In this document: in pieces, positions 50,600-62,728 of the stretch
Position numbering within the stretch: position 1 is the first letter of the stretch
Layout of the letters: each line of letters begins with the position of its first letter
Source of the DNA: Yuukianura sp. NJ FZ-2021
Taxonomy: Eukaryota
DNA length: 64,000 nt
Direction of reading: 5' to 3'
NCBI GenBank assembly: GCA_046563655.1
Contig: CM102285.1
Location: forward strand, 4,650,001-4,714,000
Translations under genes and position numbers: made by a program
The notes under the pieces: generated by a model
Seen by the model: the letters and a program-made list of their open reading frames with translations, nothing else
Database searches by the model: none
Told to the model about the DNA's origin: nothing

Positions 50600-51190
50600 G
50601 TTTTTAGTAAATATTGTTTGCAGCCCTGCTAATTAGTTAGTTGCTTAATGGGATTCTTTTAATTATGATTTCTAGTGTTAAAGATTATGTTTCAATTATG
50701 TAAAATAAAATTGGTTTTGTAATAAAAATTTGGCAGGAACATATTTTGACATTTGATTTACCTATTATTCCTACCTTAAGCATTTCGCGTCCTACAAGAC
50801 AACTTTGGCATAAATCAATGAATGAAAAACGATTAAAATTATATTCTAAATGCTTTTTAATAATTATTACCATACTTAATTCTTAGATCTCTTAACCTGC
50901 TACTGGCAGGTGTAAGTTATACTAATGTTTCGCTTCAATAAATTACAACTTATAAGTAAATTAAATACCTATTTTCAGTTCAAATGAACTACGCCCTTTG
51001 CTCTGTAACGGCAATGTTTAGCTTATTTATGATGATTACTTATTTGGCAAAACTTTCATCAACAGACTCAGGAATAGTTCATTACATAGTGAACAAATGA
51101 CATGATAGACTACAATGAAATGGTAAACTAACTCACTTTGTCACCTAACAATTAAAAATTAACTCCTTTAAATCTGGTGTAACCTGTATT

Positions 51191-52172
51191 ATACCCCGAA
51201 AATTCATGGTTTCAAAAATTTTAGGCGCCTAAAAAGCCCTTAAAAATAGCCTAAAAAGTCCTTAAAACCTGAAAAAAGTTCTAAAAATCCTTTGACATTG
51301 AACCTGAATTAATTTTTTATATGTGCACCTCAAGCGGCTTATTCAAGGCAAGTTCGAAACAGTTAAAACCAGAAGTGCAAAACAGGAAATTTTACGATGT
51401 TTGTAGCTGTGGTTGATTTGCTGCCTGTCATTGGTTGACTTTGTGAGTCAACCAGAGGCAGGTTGTGAATACATAAAAAAGAGTGAGACGCCAAGGTCAA
51501 AGTGAGCTTGACATTGGCGTGGACTTGTCCAGGTTTCTCCTGGACATGTGGAGCCTTGTGCTTCACAAGAGAACGTGTCCAGCCACCGAGCCACCAACAT
51601 CTCTCTCTCCTTCCTGTCTGTCTGTGTGTGTGATCAAAATTATTGTTAATTTTAAGAAATCTTTAACCTTGAGCAAATAAAGTGCTCATAAAATTGGATT
51701 TGCTGTGCCACACATCGTTTTCTCAAATTCAAACAATTGACAGTTCAAGGTTAGGTCCCTGAAGTGACCAAGTCACAAACATACGAATTTCATACAGCAG
51801 TGACAGTTCAATAGATAAATGTCCCGTTATTAATCATAATTTTCTGCTGCAATAACTCGCCATCTAAAATATAAGTTGATAAAATTTTTTAACACATTTT
51901 TACTCGAAAAAAGGGTTGCACTGGTACGGCGTTTGTCTCACTCATCATAAGTTGGTCAGAGAGTCGAATACAATTGCGTTATTTTTAATTTTTTTTTCCA
52001 GTTTTAACGAACATGTCGATAAAATCTCTAAAAAAAAGTATGGTTTTTAGGCAATATTTTACAAAAAGGTTCTTGCCTAGGATTTTAGGCTTTTAAGTCC
52101 AAAAAGGCATCTATAGGCTTTTAAGGTTTTTCAAGTCCTAAAAAAGGTTAGAACATGCTTTTGCGGGGTGTG
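51191..52172. mobile_element. Possible MITE with short imperfect TIRs and CCTAAAAA subterminal repeats
   Basis: ACCCCGAAAA at the left and TTTTGCGGGGT at the right; CCT(T)AAAA repeats at 51225-51290 mirrored by TTTTA(A)GG at 52040-52130. Confidence 0.4.
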
Positions 52173-52818
52173 TGTATGACACACAATAATAAACAGAGTC
52201 CCAAAAAATATTTTCTATAAACTACCGAAATATTTATTTACTAAAAACTGGCAAAATATATGCTTAAATATTTACTAAAACCTAAATATTTCTGAAAATT
52301 ATTGCATTTAGACGCCCAAAAACATACAAAAGGTGGTTTAACCTTGTAATTTCTATTCGAGCTGTTAATTTGTGCCGTTGTTTTACTCTAGAAGTCATTT
52401 CCTGTTAAATATTTATACCGTAGTTTTCGTTTTACTAAACCCGGTGAAGCAATTTCGCCAACTCCCATACAAAACTCTTACCTGAATACTGTGTGTTAAG
52501 TACGGCATAAGGTCATGTACCGAAAAATATTGGTATTTACCATATAATATACTAGCCATCGCTCCGCCGTTCCGGCGGAGCGGATAGCTAGATTATTGCG
52601 AATGTAGCCAGATTGATGAACTAACCACTCAAATAATGATACCAGAAGCGATAGCTTAACAACAAAATCATGGTTGAGCGCACTTGTAATCTGCCCCAAA
52701 GGCCCTGCCCATGCCCATTGTTTGGTCCGTAGACCGGGGATAGGAGTTAGTCCCTCATTTTCTCACTTTGGAGTCATTTTTGAAAGTTGTGTCTATTTAT
52801 CAATGCGTTTTATGGGCT

Positions 52819-54225
52819 TTACGCAAAGATTTCTTTGTAAACACAGTTAACTGTAAACCATTTATTTACTCCAGGCACCAATTTCCCTTGATTTTCTCGG
52901 GAAATCAATTTTACCCGTACGTTTTCTTGCTTGGTGCACCTAGAGAATGCTACGTATAATTGACCGTGGCTGAACACAGGAAATGGTAAGTAAATACCAA
53001 CAGAATCCAGTGACTGTCCTTGGGCTTTGTTAATGCTCATAACGAAAGCCAAGGCCACTGGAAACTGGCGTCTTCGAATTTCAACCGAAAAGTCACTTTC
53101 GGAGGAGATCAAATCAATTCTAGGTAGAAGGACTTGGTGTCCTTCGTGTCTTCCCTGTAGGATCTCTGCACAAATAACATTTGGCTTTAGGGACTTAATG
53201 ATAAGTCTTGTGCCGTTACAAAGGCCACGCCTTTTATTCAAATTACGCAGAAGCATAGTTATGGCTCCAACTTTGAGCTTTAGCTCGTGCAGTGGAAACC
53301 CAGATGGTGTCAGGGTGTTGATGAATTCGACAGGGTAGTCCTCTACCGAACCTTCGCCGTCATCATCGACGGAATCTGTACTGAAGTAAGCGACTTCTTG
53401 TCCTTCACTTCGGTGTAATATTTGTTCATTTAGTTGATGAACATGTTCGTTCTTTGGCGTTAGTATCGCTTTTTTAGCCAAACCTTTTACATTTTCTTCA
53501 TCCAGTGAAATCTTTTCGCCAAAAATGGAAGAAATTATATCATTTTCTTCGATACAATTCCTTGGGAGTTCAATTACGTCTTCTCCTAATTCGTATTCAT
53601 TGGACAATTTTCCATCCCCGAGATCAAGGAGCCATTTATTGTATTCAATTTCTGCGGGGCCAGTACGCATATTTTCAAGAAGCTTAAGAGGTCTGAAATA
53701 CCTCCAAACTTTGCTTCTTTTAAGCGAAGCTTGAACTATCAGTGCACGTTTTCCATGCTTGACAATTGGGAGTGTTTGCCTGAAATCACCTCCAATTAGG
53801 AACAACTTATTCCCGAAAGGTTTATTTACTCCCATTATTTCTCGGAATAAACGGTCAACGGCGTCCATGTTATAGCATGGGGTCCTTGTGACCTCGTCCC
53901 AAATAATAATAGAGGCTTCACGTAGAAGCTTCGCTTCTTTAGACGTTGGCTTAGTTTTGGACGTTGTTGTTTCATTTGTATGAATCCCAAGTCCAAATCT
54001 AGAGTGGTACGTCGTACCAACTTCCAGGAGTGTGGCTGCCAAACCAGTCGATGCAACTAAGCAAGTTTTCAAACCTCTACCTTGAAAGGTTTTATCAAGA
54101 GTATTATACAGGAAGGTTTTACCACTTCCTCCAGGGCCGTCAATAAAAAAACATTTGCTGTAAGTTTCAGCATTCTCTGCAGCAAAAATTGCATCATAGG
54201 CTTTCTTCTGCTCGACGTTTAACAT
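52819..54225 (-). CDS. Helitron PIF1-family helicase domain
   Basis: FIDGPGGSGKT, IIWDE, GGDFRQTLP, LLRNLN..GLCNGTRL, RRQFPV, INKAQGQS and FSHGQLYVAFSR. Confidence 0.93.
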   Translation of the reverse strand: MLNVEQKKAYDAIFAAENAETYSKCFFIDGPGGSGKTFLYNTLDKTFQGRGLKTCLVASTGLAATLLEVGTTYHSRFGLGIHTNETTTSKTKPTSKEAKLLREASIIIWDEVTRTPCYNMDAVDRLFREIMGVNKPFGNKLFLIGGDFRQTLPIVKHGKRALIVQASLKRSKVWRYFRPLKLLENMRTGPAEIEYNKWLLDLGDGKLSNEYELGEDVIELPRNCIEENDIISSIFGEKISLDEENVKGLAKKAILTPKNEHVHQLNEQILHRSEGQEVAYFSTDSVDDDGEGSVEDYPVEFINTLTPSGFPLHELKLKVGAITMLLRNLNKRRGLCNGTRLIIKSLKPNVICAEILQGRHEGHQVLLPRIDLISSESDFSVEIRRRQFPVALAFVMSINKAQGQSLDSVGIYLPFPVFSHGQLYVAFSRCTKQENVRVKLISRENQGKLVPGVNKWFTVNCVYKEIFA

Positions 54226-54239
54226 TTCTGTTTCTGATC

Positions 54240-55202
54240 TAAAGTAGAGTCATTCACAATAGACATTGAAACTTGATGAGGGACTCGGCCTTCTTGCCGT
54301 GCTAGTTCCTCTTCTTGAATTTCGAATTCTCGCATCATTTTAAATGCCTGCGCAAATGGATTAATAGTGCGCATGAGAATATCTAGTTAATTCATTAGGG
54401 TTGGAATACAACCCTTATTTGAATTTTGTCCTGTCCGATTCATTAACGCCTCCTCTGTATCAATAATGTACAGTTGGGCGTACTCGGGCTGCTCCCCGTC
54501 ACGTGGGTGCAGTGGTCCAGTTAAATGATAAATTTGTCCGTGAATTCGAAAGCAGTATGGTCCATAGCCAGGAGGTGGTGCGATTTGTGCACCCAAAGAA
54601 GCAAAGGCTAAGGCACTATTGTATGACCTTATATTCTCCGTAAAATTGTTTGAATTCTCATGCTCACCCTTCATCAGCCTCATAATAAATTCATTAGAGC
54701 GTAGGTTAGGCAATACAATTCTACCATTCTCACAGCATGACGAAAACTGCTTGGTAGTAGTTGACCTCTCTCCCTCAAAATTTTTTGAGTTACAATGCCC
54801 GCATCGTGCACTCATCCTGCCTACAGAATACTCTTGTACAATGACCTCATTCGGCAGGTTCAAATTTACAGTGCATCCTGTATGTATAGTCGCCCTTTGC
54901 AGAAAATTGGAATTTTGCAAATTTGAGCGACTTGTTGTTATCGCCCTGTGGCGAACAGTATCAGCTTCACGCCGCTCTGCTGTTTCTTGTTCTGATTGGT
55001 TAGCTCTAAACGTACGTAAGCGCAAAATGTCAGATTCACGACGCAAAGCAGTCTCACTTTCTGATAGGTTAGCTCTTGCCACCCTTTTACGCGCGGCATC
55101 ACGCTATCGACGTTGAGCTGCCTCTTGAGAATCCTGGGCTCGGGCGAGTCTTTTCCGAATGGCGCTAGGAGTCTGGGATAGTTCCCGCTTCCTTCCAGAC
55201 AT
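54240..55202 (-). pseudogene. Helitron RepHel N-terminal region with in-frame stops
   Basis: Charged repeats, CGHC...CCENG zinc motif, NIRSYNSALAFASLGA, GPYCFRIHGQIYH, YAQLYIID and INPFAQAF; stops at ~55105 and 54387-54389. Confidence 0.85.
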
Positions 55203-55407
55203 TGCTATTTTCAGTGTATAAACTATGAGCGTTTGAATTAAGAAACAGTTGGAACAATTTATTTACTTCCTCCTACTTTTATGTTAGGTAAGGCAATCGT
55301 GTCGTATTCTGACAATAACCTTTGCCCTGGATATTGCCGACAACTTTAGCCTATTATTCGAAATAGGAATTTCCCTCTAATTGAGGGACTGTTGCCTATT
55401 AATTCAA

Positions 55408-55560
55408 ATAGGACTTTGCCTTCCAATCAAAAAAGGACTTCGCCTTTTACTCAAAAAAGGACTTCGCCTTCTATTCAAAGAAGGACTTCGCCTTCTATTC
55501 AAAGAAGGACTTCGCCTTTTACTCAAAGAAGGACTTCGCCTTTTACTCAAAAAAGGACTT
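55408..55560. repeat. 24-bp minisatellite (AAGGACTTCGCCTTTTACTCAAAG-like), about 6 copies
   Basis: Directly visible tandem array upstream of the Helitron ORF. Confidence 0.9.
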
Positions 55561-56059
55561 ACGATGCTCTGAAATATTTCTAACCTAACAAAAGCAATAC
55601 TTTAACAATAAAACTTTACTTTAAATTTGAATTACGTTAAATTACGTTAAATTATGACGAAAAGAAACAACTTTACGTTATAACTTTGGAAACAATTGAA
55701 ATTGAAATGTTTGAGAAAATTAGCCTGCCTTCTCAACTGAAACTCCAAACTTGGAATAAAAGATAAACTTTTTGGTGTGGTGGTAGGCGCAGGTTAGGAC
55801 GTGTATTGCATGAGTTCTGTATGTGCATTACCAAATGACATTCACATGCGCACTCACTATAACATAGTTGGATATATGAGTCTGGAGTTTTGGATAGCAC
55901 TCACATCCCACGCGCTATCGCCTTGCATGGTCGAAGGAATTACGCTTCAATCTAATTCCCAACAGACAACAGTGGCGTGTGAAACCAGATCGTGTCAGTT
56001 AGCTCCTTCTCTGAATCATAATCGTTCAACACGTCACAGTTAGGTTAGTCACTAACCTA

Positions 56060-57380
56060 TTACCGTCATGTTTACTCTGGTCAAACCTCAAATCGAGGTC
56101 GTGGTCGTGGAGGCAAGCGACCATTCGAGAACAGCAGCAACCTGGAACCTCAGTTCAGTCTGAATTGCTACTGTATCTATTGCGGTCAACTCATTCCAAT
56201 CAAGCTTTAAGGAAGGACTGTAAGTTAACTACGGCATAACATAACCACCATTTAATACTATGGCAACATTAGCCTGATCGAAGCTAACCTAAATATATAA
56301 ATCAATTGCAGTAGTGTGCCCAAACCCTAATTGTAAGATCCCGGCATAAACAGTACCGAGCCAACGAAGTGGATGGGTTCACTGCCGCTACTGTGACCGG
56401 TTCACGCATCGTAACTAACCAAACAACACGTTCTTATTTCTATTTTGTAAATGTATAGATAGGTTAGCATTTTATATTTACGTTTATTTTTTTGTAGCGG
56501 AATACTACTTCTGTATGAATTGTGGTGATGAAGGCGGAGACGGCAAAGCGGGCTTCGTGTTGGCCAAACGGACTTTGATGGCTCGGCGTCCGGAATTAGT
56601 CGCCCAGGGAAAGAATGTATCGTTGAGAGAGCATGGCGGCGAAAAGCTGCTTGGAACACCATCCAAACCAAAAACTACACGGGTGGTAGTTTACCCGAAG
56701 AAGACGGATGGTTTTGACGCCGCTGGCGACCAACTGCTGATGCAGGTAGAACTGCCATCGGTGAGATTTGCAAAAGCCTAACCTATGTGTAGTTATAGTT
56801 GAACTGGGGACTCATTCGACATTAACATGAAGCTGAATGTTTTTCACAGATTGAGAGTACTGCTGAAACAGGAAACAATGCTGGTAGTTCTAAGCAGGGC
56901 TCAAACACGGTAAGCCAACTTTCATAGGTTACATATTCTCTCTGTTCGAATGTGCAAGCTACACCGTGAATTTAACCTATTAACATCGTGTTTTTCAGGA
57001 TCTGGCAGAAGGCGGCACTACTTCAAAGAAGCAGAAAGTAAGAACAAATCTCAAAATATATGTATTTGGAATTCACTGTTGAGTGGTCAAACCCAGTTTA
57101 GCGAGCGGGTTATCTTCATCTGTATATGGCCATACATCTGGATATGTATATCGGTATATTTTTTCATAGGTTGATGATGGCTCTAACAATGTTAGCTCTG
57201 TGCAAAACTCGACGCCCGCTTGTGACAAGGTAAGTGTTGATTATCTTAATTATTAGTCTGATTTAAGCATGACTAACCTTTACTATAGTCGGATTTAAGC
57301 ATAACTAACCTATTACTGTGTAAATTAGGAAACTGCAACTGACGGAAGTCAAAAAGAAGGTGCAGAACCTGACTCATGCT
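56060..57380 (+). pseudogene. Unidentified multi-exon Cys-rich gene or pseudogene
   Basis: Exon-like blocks bounded by AG/GT encode RGRGRGG, CYCIYCG, HCRYCD and FCMNCG; stop codons prevent a clean model. Confidence 0.3.
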
Positions 57381-57745
57381 AAGAGCCGAACTAACGAATT
57401 CCAAGGGCCGGCCGTTAATCAAATCACTTTTATTGTAGGCCACAACGATTGATCAGAAGTTTAAGAAATGTATCTTACATAGATTCACCGGCCTTTGGTG
57501 GTTATAATAGGTTAGAAGACAAAACAATATACTTAATACCAATAAATTTGTTGCACCCTGGGAATTAAACGATGTTGTCTTTTTGAAGTTTTAGAATCGT
57601 GTGTCCTTAGATATTATTGTTTATTTGACTAATAAGAGTAAACAAGTTCGCATGCTATAATTGGAATGTTTAAAGAATTAGTTTATTGTTATAAAAGAGC
57701 AGTATATATTGTCCAGAAAATGTATTTTGTTCTAACCTATACGAT

Positions 57746-58794
57746 TTAGAGTTTTTTAACTACGGTGATCACCGACCCGTCATCGGAAGAGCTATCGTCA
57801 TCATTGTCCTACAATCCGAAAAGTAAGATTGAAAACCTATGAACAGCTGCTGATTAGCAAAATAGAAATACCACATACAGATCCCGTAAACGAAATCAGA
57901 TCTTGATCTGGACCACCGATGGAATCAGCAGGAGACGTGTCTGCACTGAATGTTGAAAATGGCAAAAGTAATTCACTATCTGAATTTCGTGGTCGTGCTC
58001 GCTGTATTTCCACCTGATACGATAGATATAGGTTAGGTTTAGGATAAGATTAGATTAGGATTAGATAAGATTTAAGCAGTGCTAATACTGTGCAATTTTA
58101 CCTCTTTGCCATTAATACGCAGAAACCGCCTTCCAATAAGTGTATCAGCAACAGTCTGTTCCTCGAAGGAAACAAAGGCGATACCTACAAAATGAAAAGT
58201 AGGATGAGTTAGGTAGGATAGTCGGTTGTCATGAAAGTACACTAACCTGTCAATCTTCTGTCGTCCTTAATAACGATAACAACGTCTATCACTCTTCCAA
58301 ATTCCTGAAAGATTAGCCGCAGTTCACTCTCCGTAATGTTCGGTGGCAGTCCTCCTAAAAAAACTCTGGGAACGTTCGTTCCAACAAACACTTTCGGCCG
58401 AGCATCTTCGCTTGACATCGACCTGTGTCAATAGGTTAGATAAAAATCTAAATTAAAAAAATAGTACGATTTGTCATGCTGGGAGTACATGTTAGGTTAG
58501 ATTACAGTTCTTCCGTCAAGTTGATGCGGTCGATGATTAACTACGGCGTCTGTAGTACTCAGGTCACGAAATGAAACAAATCCAAATCCACGTGAACGTC
58601 CTGTGACTCTGTCCGTCACAACTTGACAATTAGCGATTTCACCATATTGAGAAAAATATGCCGCTAGTGTTTCAGTTCTAGTAGTCCAGCTCAGACCTCC
58701 GACGAACACTTTCCTAAAATAAAATGAAATTACTTTTTATTCTATTTACAAAGTATAATTTTCATGTAATAACTTACCTTTGATTTATATCCAT
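57746..58794 (-). CDS. Two-RRM RNA-binding protein, DAZAP1/Hrb27C/Musashi-like, divergent, with an apparent frameshift in exon 3
   Basis: RRM1 KVFVGGLSWTT...RSRGFGFVSF...HQLDGRT; RRM2 RVFLGGLPPNITESEL...GIAFVSFEE...INGKEVEIQRARPR; exons 58794-58778, 58713-58506, 58422-58247, 58184-58102, 58013-57879 and a last exon ending 57746. Confidence 0.8.
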
Positions 58795-61515
58795 TTCTGA
58801 CACCCACAAGAGACACACCCAACCTATTAGTCGATTTTCTAAATATATTTATTTGTTGTGATGTAATGGGAATAACTTTAACTTATTGAGTGAATGGGGA
58901 GAGCAGTTTTTCATGTGCGTGAGCGAGAGTGTTGACTGTTTGTGTTCTACTCCTCTACACACAAAGCAGTGAGTCTGAATGAGAGGGGTTTTGTCCTCAC
59001 TCCACTCACACGAGGTCGGACGACAGAAATGCTGCAATAATAGTATGATGATAATATATAATACCCTGGAGCCACGATCACACAGGAGCATTAGCGGAGT
59101 TTAATGCCGGGTTAGGAAAAATGGACGATCACACCAAAACCGATAAACTGTTTTTTTCCAGATTATCCTTAATCGTGAGATAATCTTGGGATAACCCCAA
59201 AAATTCTGGTTAGGGTGTGATCGACCTCAAACTTATTACCGATTTAGAAGTTTGGAGATCACACCTCACTTTTCTAACCAGATTTTAGTTCCAAACTAAT
59301 AACCAGTCCGATCAGTTTTATCTCGGTAATAACGTGAAGCTCTCTACCATATCCTATCTCCATCGAGTCACGACCATTCTTTTGAGTCACGACCGATGCC
59401 GTTTTCCATATTTTTGTGTAACGTTTACATTAATCCACCAAAAGGGCTGTTGGCCCGTCTCCATTATGAACCCTCGAAGTACTAACGTACGATCTCAACT
59501 CTTGTCATCACTACTCGTTTCCATTCGGAGTCTACTCGGTGCTTGATGTATCATCCATCACTATTCGGTTCTATATTCTGTCTACTCGGTACTTAATGTA
59601 TCATCCCACCTCATGCCGTCACTACAACTATTCATGTGGCCTTGACTCGTCTAAATAGACGCCCGTGACTCACATGCACTTGACTGATCTTTGCCCAGAA
59701 GGTAGACTCACATTTTACTTACGTCCTTGTACTCCTAACCGTTTGGGGGAGAGATAATTGACTATGTAATGACAAGGACACCGATTTAGGCATTAACAAT
59801 GAAAACGATGGCTACACTGCGAGTTTCGGCCAACTAGTACTATACTAGTTGAGTCACAACCGCAATTAAGCCACGGAATGGTATTGGTACCTAATTGAAT
59901 TGATCAGTGATTCGTTGGAAGTAAGTTGATGAGATTTGAACTTGATTGTGTTTGTAAGCAGCTGCTGTTTGTTTACATTGAAAGTTTTCAAATACCGCGC
60001 GTCACATGTCACGATGACAAACTGATTAGGTTAAGGGCTAAACCAAAGGTTATCTTGATCTAACCAATTTTTGGAGTGTGATCTCTAAATGAAACCAAGT
60101 TTTTCTTCTGGTTAAGGTTAGGTTACGCTAATTCAAATTTTAATGCTCGAAGTGTTATCGTAGCTCCTGGTTTTTACCCAAAATTTGGCTTAAAAAACTA
60201 GTACTTCTTCAAACACCCTAAAATATTTAATAAGTATTTCTTATTTTCAAAAATATTAATAAAAAATTAATATTTAAAATATTGTTAAGAAATATTTTTT
60301 GGGGCTCTGATAATAAATAACCAACGTAAATCACTTTCACAAAGCGCTTGCTACTCCCTCTTTACAGACTAACTTTGACCTTGAAGGAGGTCAGGTTTCG
60401 CTTAGGGCCATGAAACATTAAAATTGTACAGCTCCAGGAGAGGTGAATAACTGATTTAAGCAGTTTCTGCGCGAATCGATAACACCAACAAAAGACATAC
60501 CGAACGGAAATTGTATTAAAATTAGGAAATTACCTGCAGTACTTCTATATAATCTGCGTAAAAACATTTTACAAGAAAAAATCATTTTTTTTGGGCTAGT
60601 TTTGTTGCTTATATTTGACAAGTAGATTCAGTGATGCGTTGGCTAGTGAAGGTTAGGCGGTTATTTTAATATTAAATTGCGTATAATGCCTAATAAAGTA
60701 TTCTATTTACCTTGGTATAATGCGAGCTTTTTACGTTAGTGGATTGTTTTAAGGCAATCCATTTCATTGCAGCGTTCGTGGTAAGGGACTGAGGAAGGAT
60801 TGGGTTTGTGTGTTCTTTTTTTTTTTTTGTTCCATTACAATTCCTATCCATATTTAGGTCTAGTAGTTCGAGCCTATGTAGTGATGTTGAAGACTATGAA
60901 AATTTCCCAATTTCAACAAAAAAATAAAATAAAAATTACCTTTGATCTGGCTGCAATTACCTTTGACCTCTGTCACCCTGGTTCGCCTCTTTTTACTCAT
61001 CTCGTGCATGTCAATTTCATCTGCATACGTTGATCCCACGTTAAGTTATGTTCCCTTTAAAGTTTAGTACGGAGCCAAGGGTACTGCCTTTTGAGTCAAC
61101 TTTAACCCCAAAATGAAAGGGTCAAATGAAAGCGTTTTAAACCGAATTTGTTTTCAAAGTACGTCCCGCATGTTACTCTTACTGACGAAGAGTAACATTT
61201 TAAAAAGTATGTTAGCAAATAGTTCAAAAAATTTAAAAATGTAGAAACTCAGTTGAAAATCTTACCTGTTTAGGAGCAAAAGGCTGTCATAACTCGAGAA
61301 CGCCTTGCCCGATTAATTCGGGACCAAGACCAACAGATAGAGGCATTCTAAAGGAACAAATTGCATAGATCATTTAAATTTGGAATGTGTCATACTGGCT
61401 AGATTTTTAAAAAATTTTGTAAAAACAAAACACAATATGATGGTCGGAGAGAGTGACGATTTTGCTGGCTTCGGAGGGAAAAACAGGATTGGTTTCTCCC
61501 CCGTTCGCACAAGTC

Positions 61516-61673
61516 TATAAAAGGTTTGGAGACGACGCCACTCATCTGTAGTTGGCAAGACGCAGTTCTGTTGATGTGGTAAGAGACGAGGATTCTAGGT
61601 CAGTACAACAAAAACAAACGAGGTCAAGGCAAGGGCAAACACCAATCGCGTATATCCCTCCATTTTTAAACGG
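61516..61673 (+). promoter_or_regulatory. TATA box and non-coding first exon of histone H1
   Basis: TATAAAA at ~61516; donor CG|GTAAGT at ~61673; acceptor TTTGCAG at ~62034 just before the H1 ATG. Confidence 0.55.
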
Positions 61674-62059
61674 TAAGTATGAATTTGCAGTCGCTGTTTT
61701 TTTTTAAATGAAATTCCCAAATAAATTCCTACTTTCCTGAACTATTTTATAATTTCGCAAACGAGTGGGTACAAGGGTACAGTAACGCCACAATTTTTTT
61801 TAATCTTGGAAATTTTTGGTTGGTAATTCATTACCGAAAAGTAAGATGAAAATCCTCCTTTCAAAATAAAATTTCTTTTACGTATTGTGAAATAAAATGC
61901 TTTTGCGCCTTTTCATTATCACTGAAGTCGAAAAATAAAACCCTTTTTCAACCTTTAAAAATTTCCTAATTTAAAAAATGTAGTTATGCCTTTGGATTTT
62001 TTGATTAAGTGTATTTGAATTTGTTGATTTGCAGAGTTAAACTGATGCGACAAACAAGA

Positions 62060-62728
62060 ATGGCTGACACGGCCATCGCTACACCCGACGCACCAGCGTC
62101 ATCTGACGCTCCAAAGAAAGTTACGAAGAAGGCTCCAGCAACTAAGAAAACCGCAGTTGCTAAAACCCCCAAAATCAAAGCTCTAAAAGTCACGAAGAAG
62201 GCGACGACTCATCCCAAGATTTCCATCATGGTGGATGACGCCATCAAAGGCCTGGGTGAGAGAGGCGGATCGTCCCTTAAGGCCATCAAGAAGTACATTC
62301 TGACCAAGTACAAAGTGGATGTCGAGAAGCTTGCCCCCTTCATTCGCAGATACCTCAAATCTGGGGTAAAGAGTGGATCCATTGTACAGGCCAAAGGGAA
62401 GGGAGCCAATGGGTCATTCAAGCTTCCACACAAAGGGGGCGCTGCAAAGGCATCTTCCGCAGCTCCAGCTAAACCAAAGAAGAACATTGCAGCCAAGAAG
62501 GCCAAGACTTCACCAAAGGTTAAGGTCACTGGAGCCAAGGCCAAGAAGGAGAGCATTGTAGGAACTGCTGCAAAGAAAGCGTTGCCACCGAAACCGAAAA
62601 AGATGACGACCACGAAGAAAGTGGCGGTTAAGAAGGTCGCCAAAGCAAAGTCGGCGGTTAAGGCTCCCAATCCAAAGCAAGTGGCTACAAAGAAGCCAGC
62701 TCCCAGAAAGGCCCCAAGCAGGAAGTAA
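62060..62728 (+). CDS. H1: Linker histone H1
   Basis: Globular domain [31 protein letters not shown]...[14 protein letters not shown]-rich tails; alternative in-frame ATG at 62045. Confidence 0.95.
   Translation: MADTAIATPDAPASSDAPKKVTKKAPATKKTAVAKTPKIKALKVTKKATTHPKISIMVDDAIKGLGERGGSSLKAIKKYILTKYKVDVEKLAPFIRRYLKSGVKSGSIVQAKGKGANGSFKLPHKGGAAKASSAAPAKPKKNIAAKKAKTSPKVKVTGAKAKKESIVGTAAKKALPPKPKKMTTTKKVAVKKVAKAKSAVKAPNPKQVATKKPAPRKAPSRK

Larger units (their letters stand above)
39683..50628. mobile_element. Non-autonomous hAT element (~0.8 kb of its own sequence) that hosts the Gypsy insertion
   Basis: TIRs CAGGGCTGCAAA / TTTGCAGCCCTG; 8-bp TSD CTAATTAG at 39675-39682 and 50629-50636. Confidence 0.85.
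52552..55560 (-). mobile_element. Defective Helitron (Rep domain deleted); 5' end not resolved
   Basis: 3' terminus CTAG (52552-52555) followed by T and preceded by hairpin CGCTCCGCCG-GAA-CGGCGGAGCG; RepHel fragments upstream. Confidence 0.85.

Noticed and set aside
52819..54225. Host PIF1 helicase gene
   Set aside because: It is flanked by Helitron N-terminal motifs and a canonical hairpin + CTAG 3' end, and it is intronless.
58020..58075. TTAGG-like repeats suggesting interstitial telomere sequence
   Set aside because: Only a few degenerate units inside an intron; not a true array.
59100..60130. Possible MITE with GATCACAC/GTGTGATC inverted motifs
   Set aside because: Motifs are short and scattered, and I could not define termini or a TSD.
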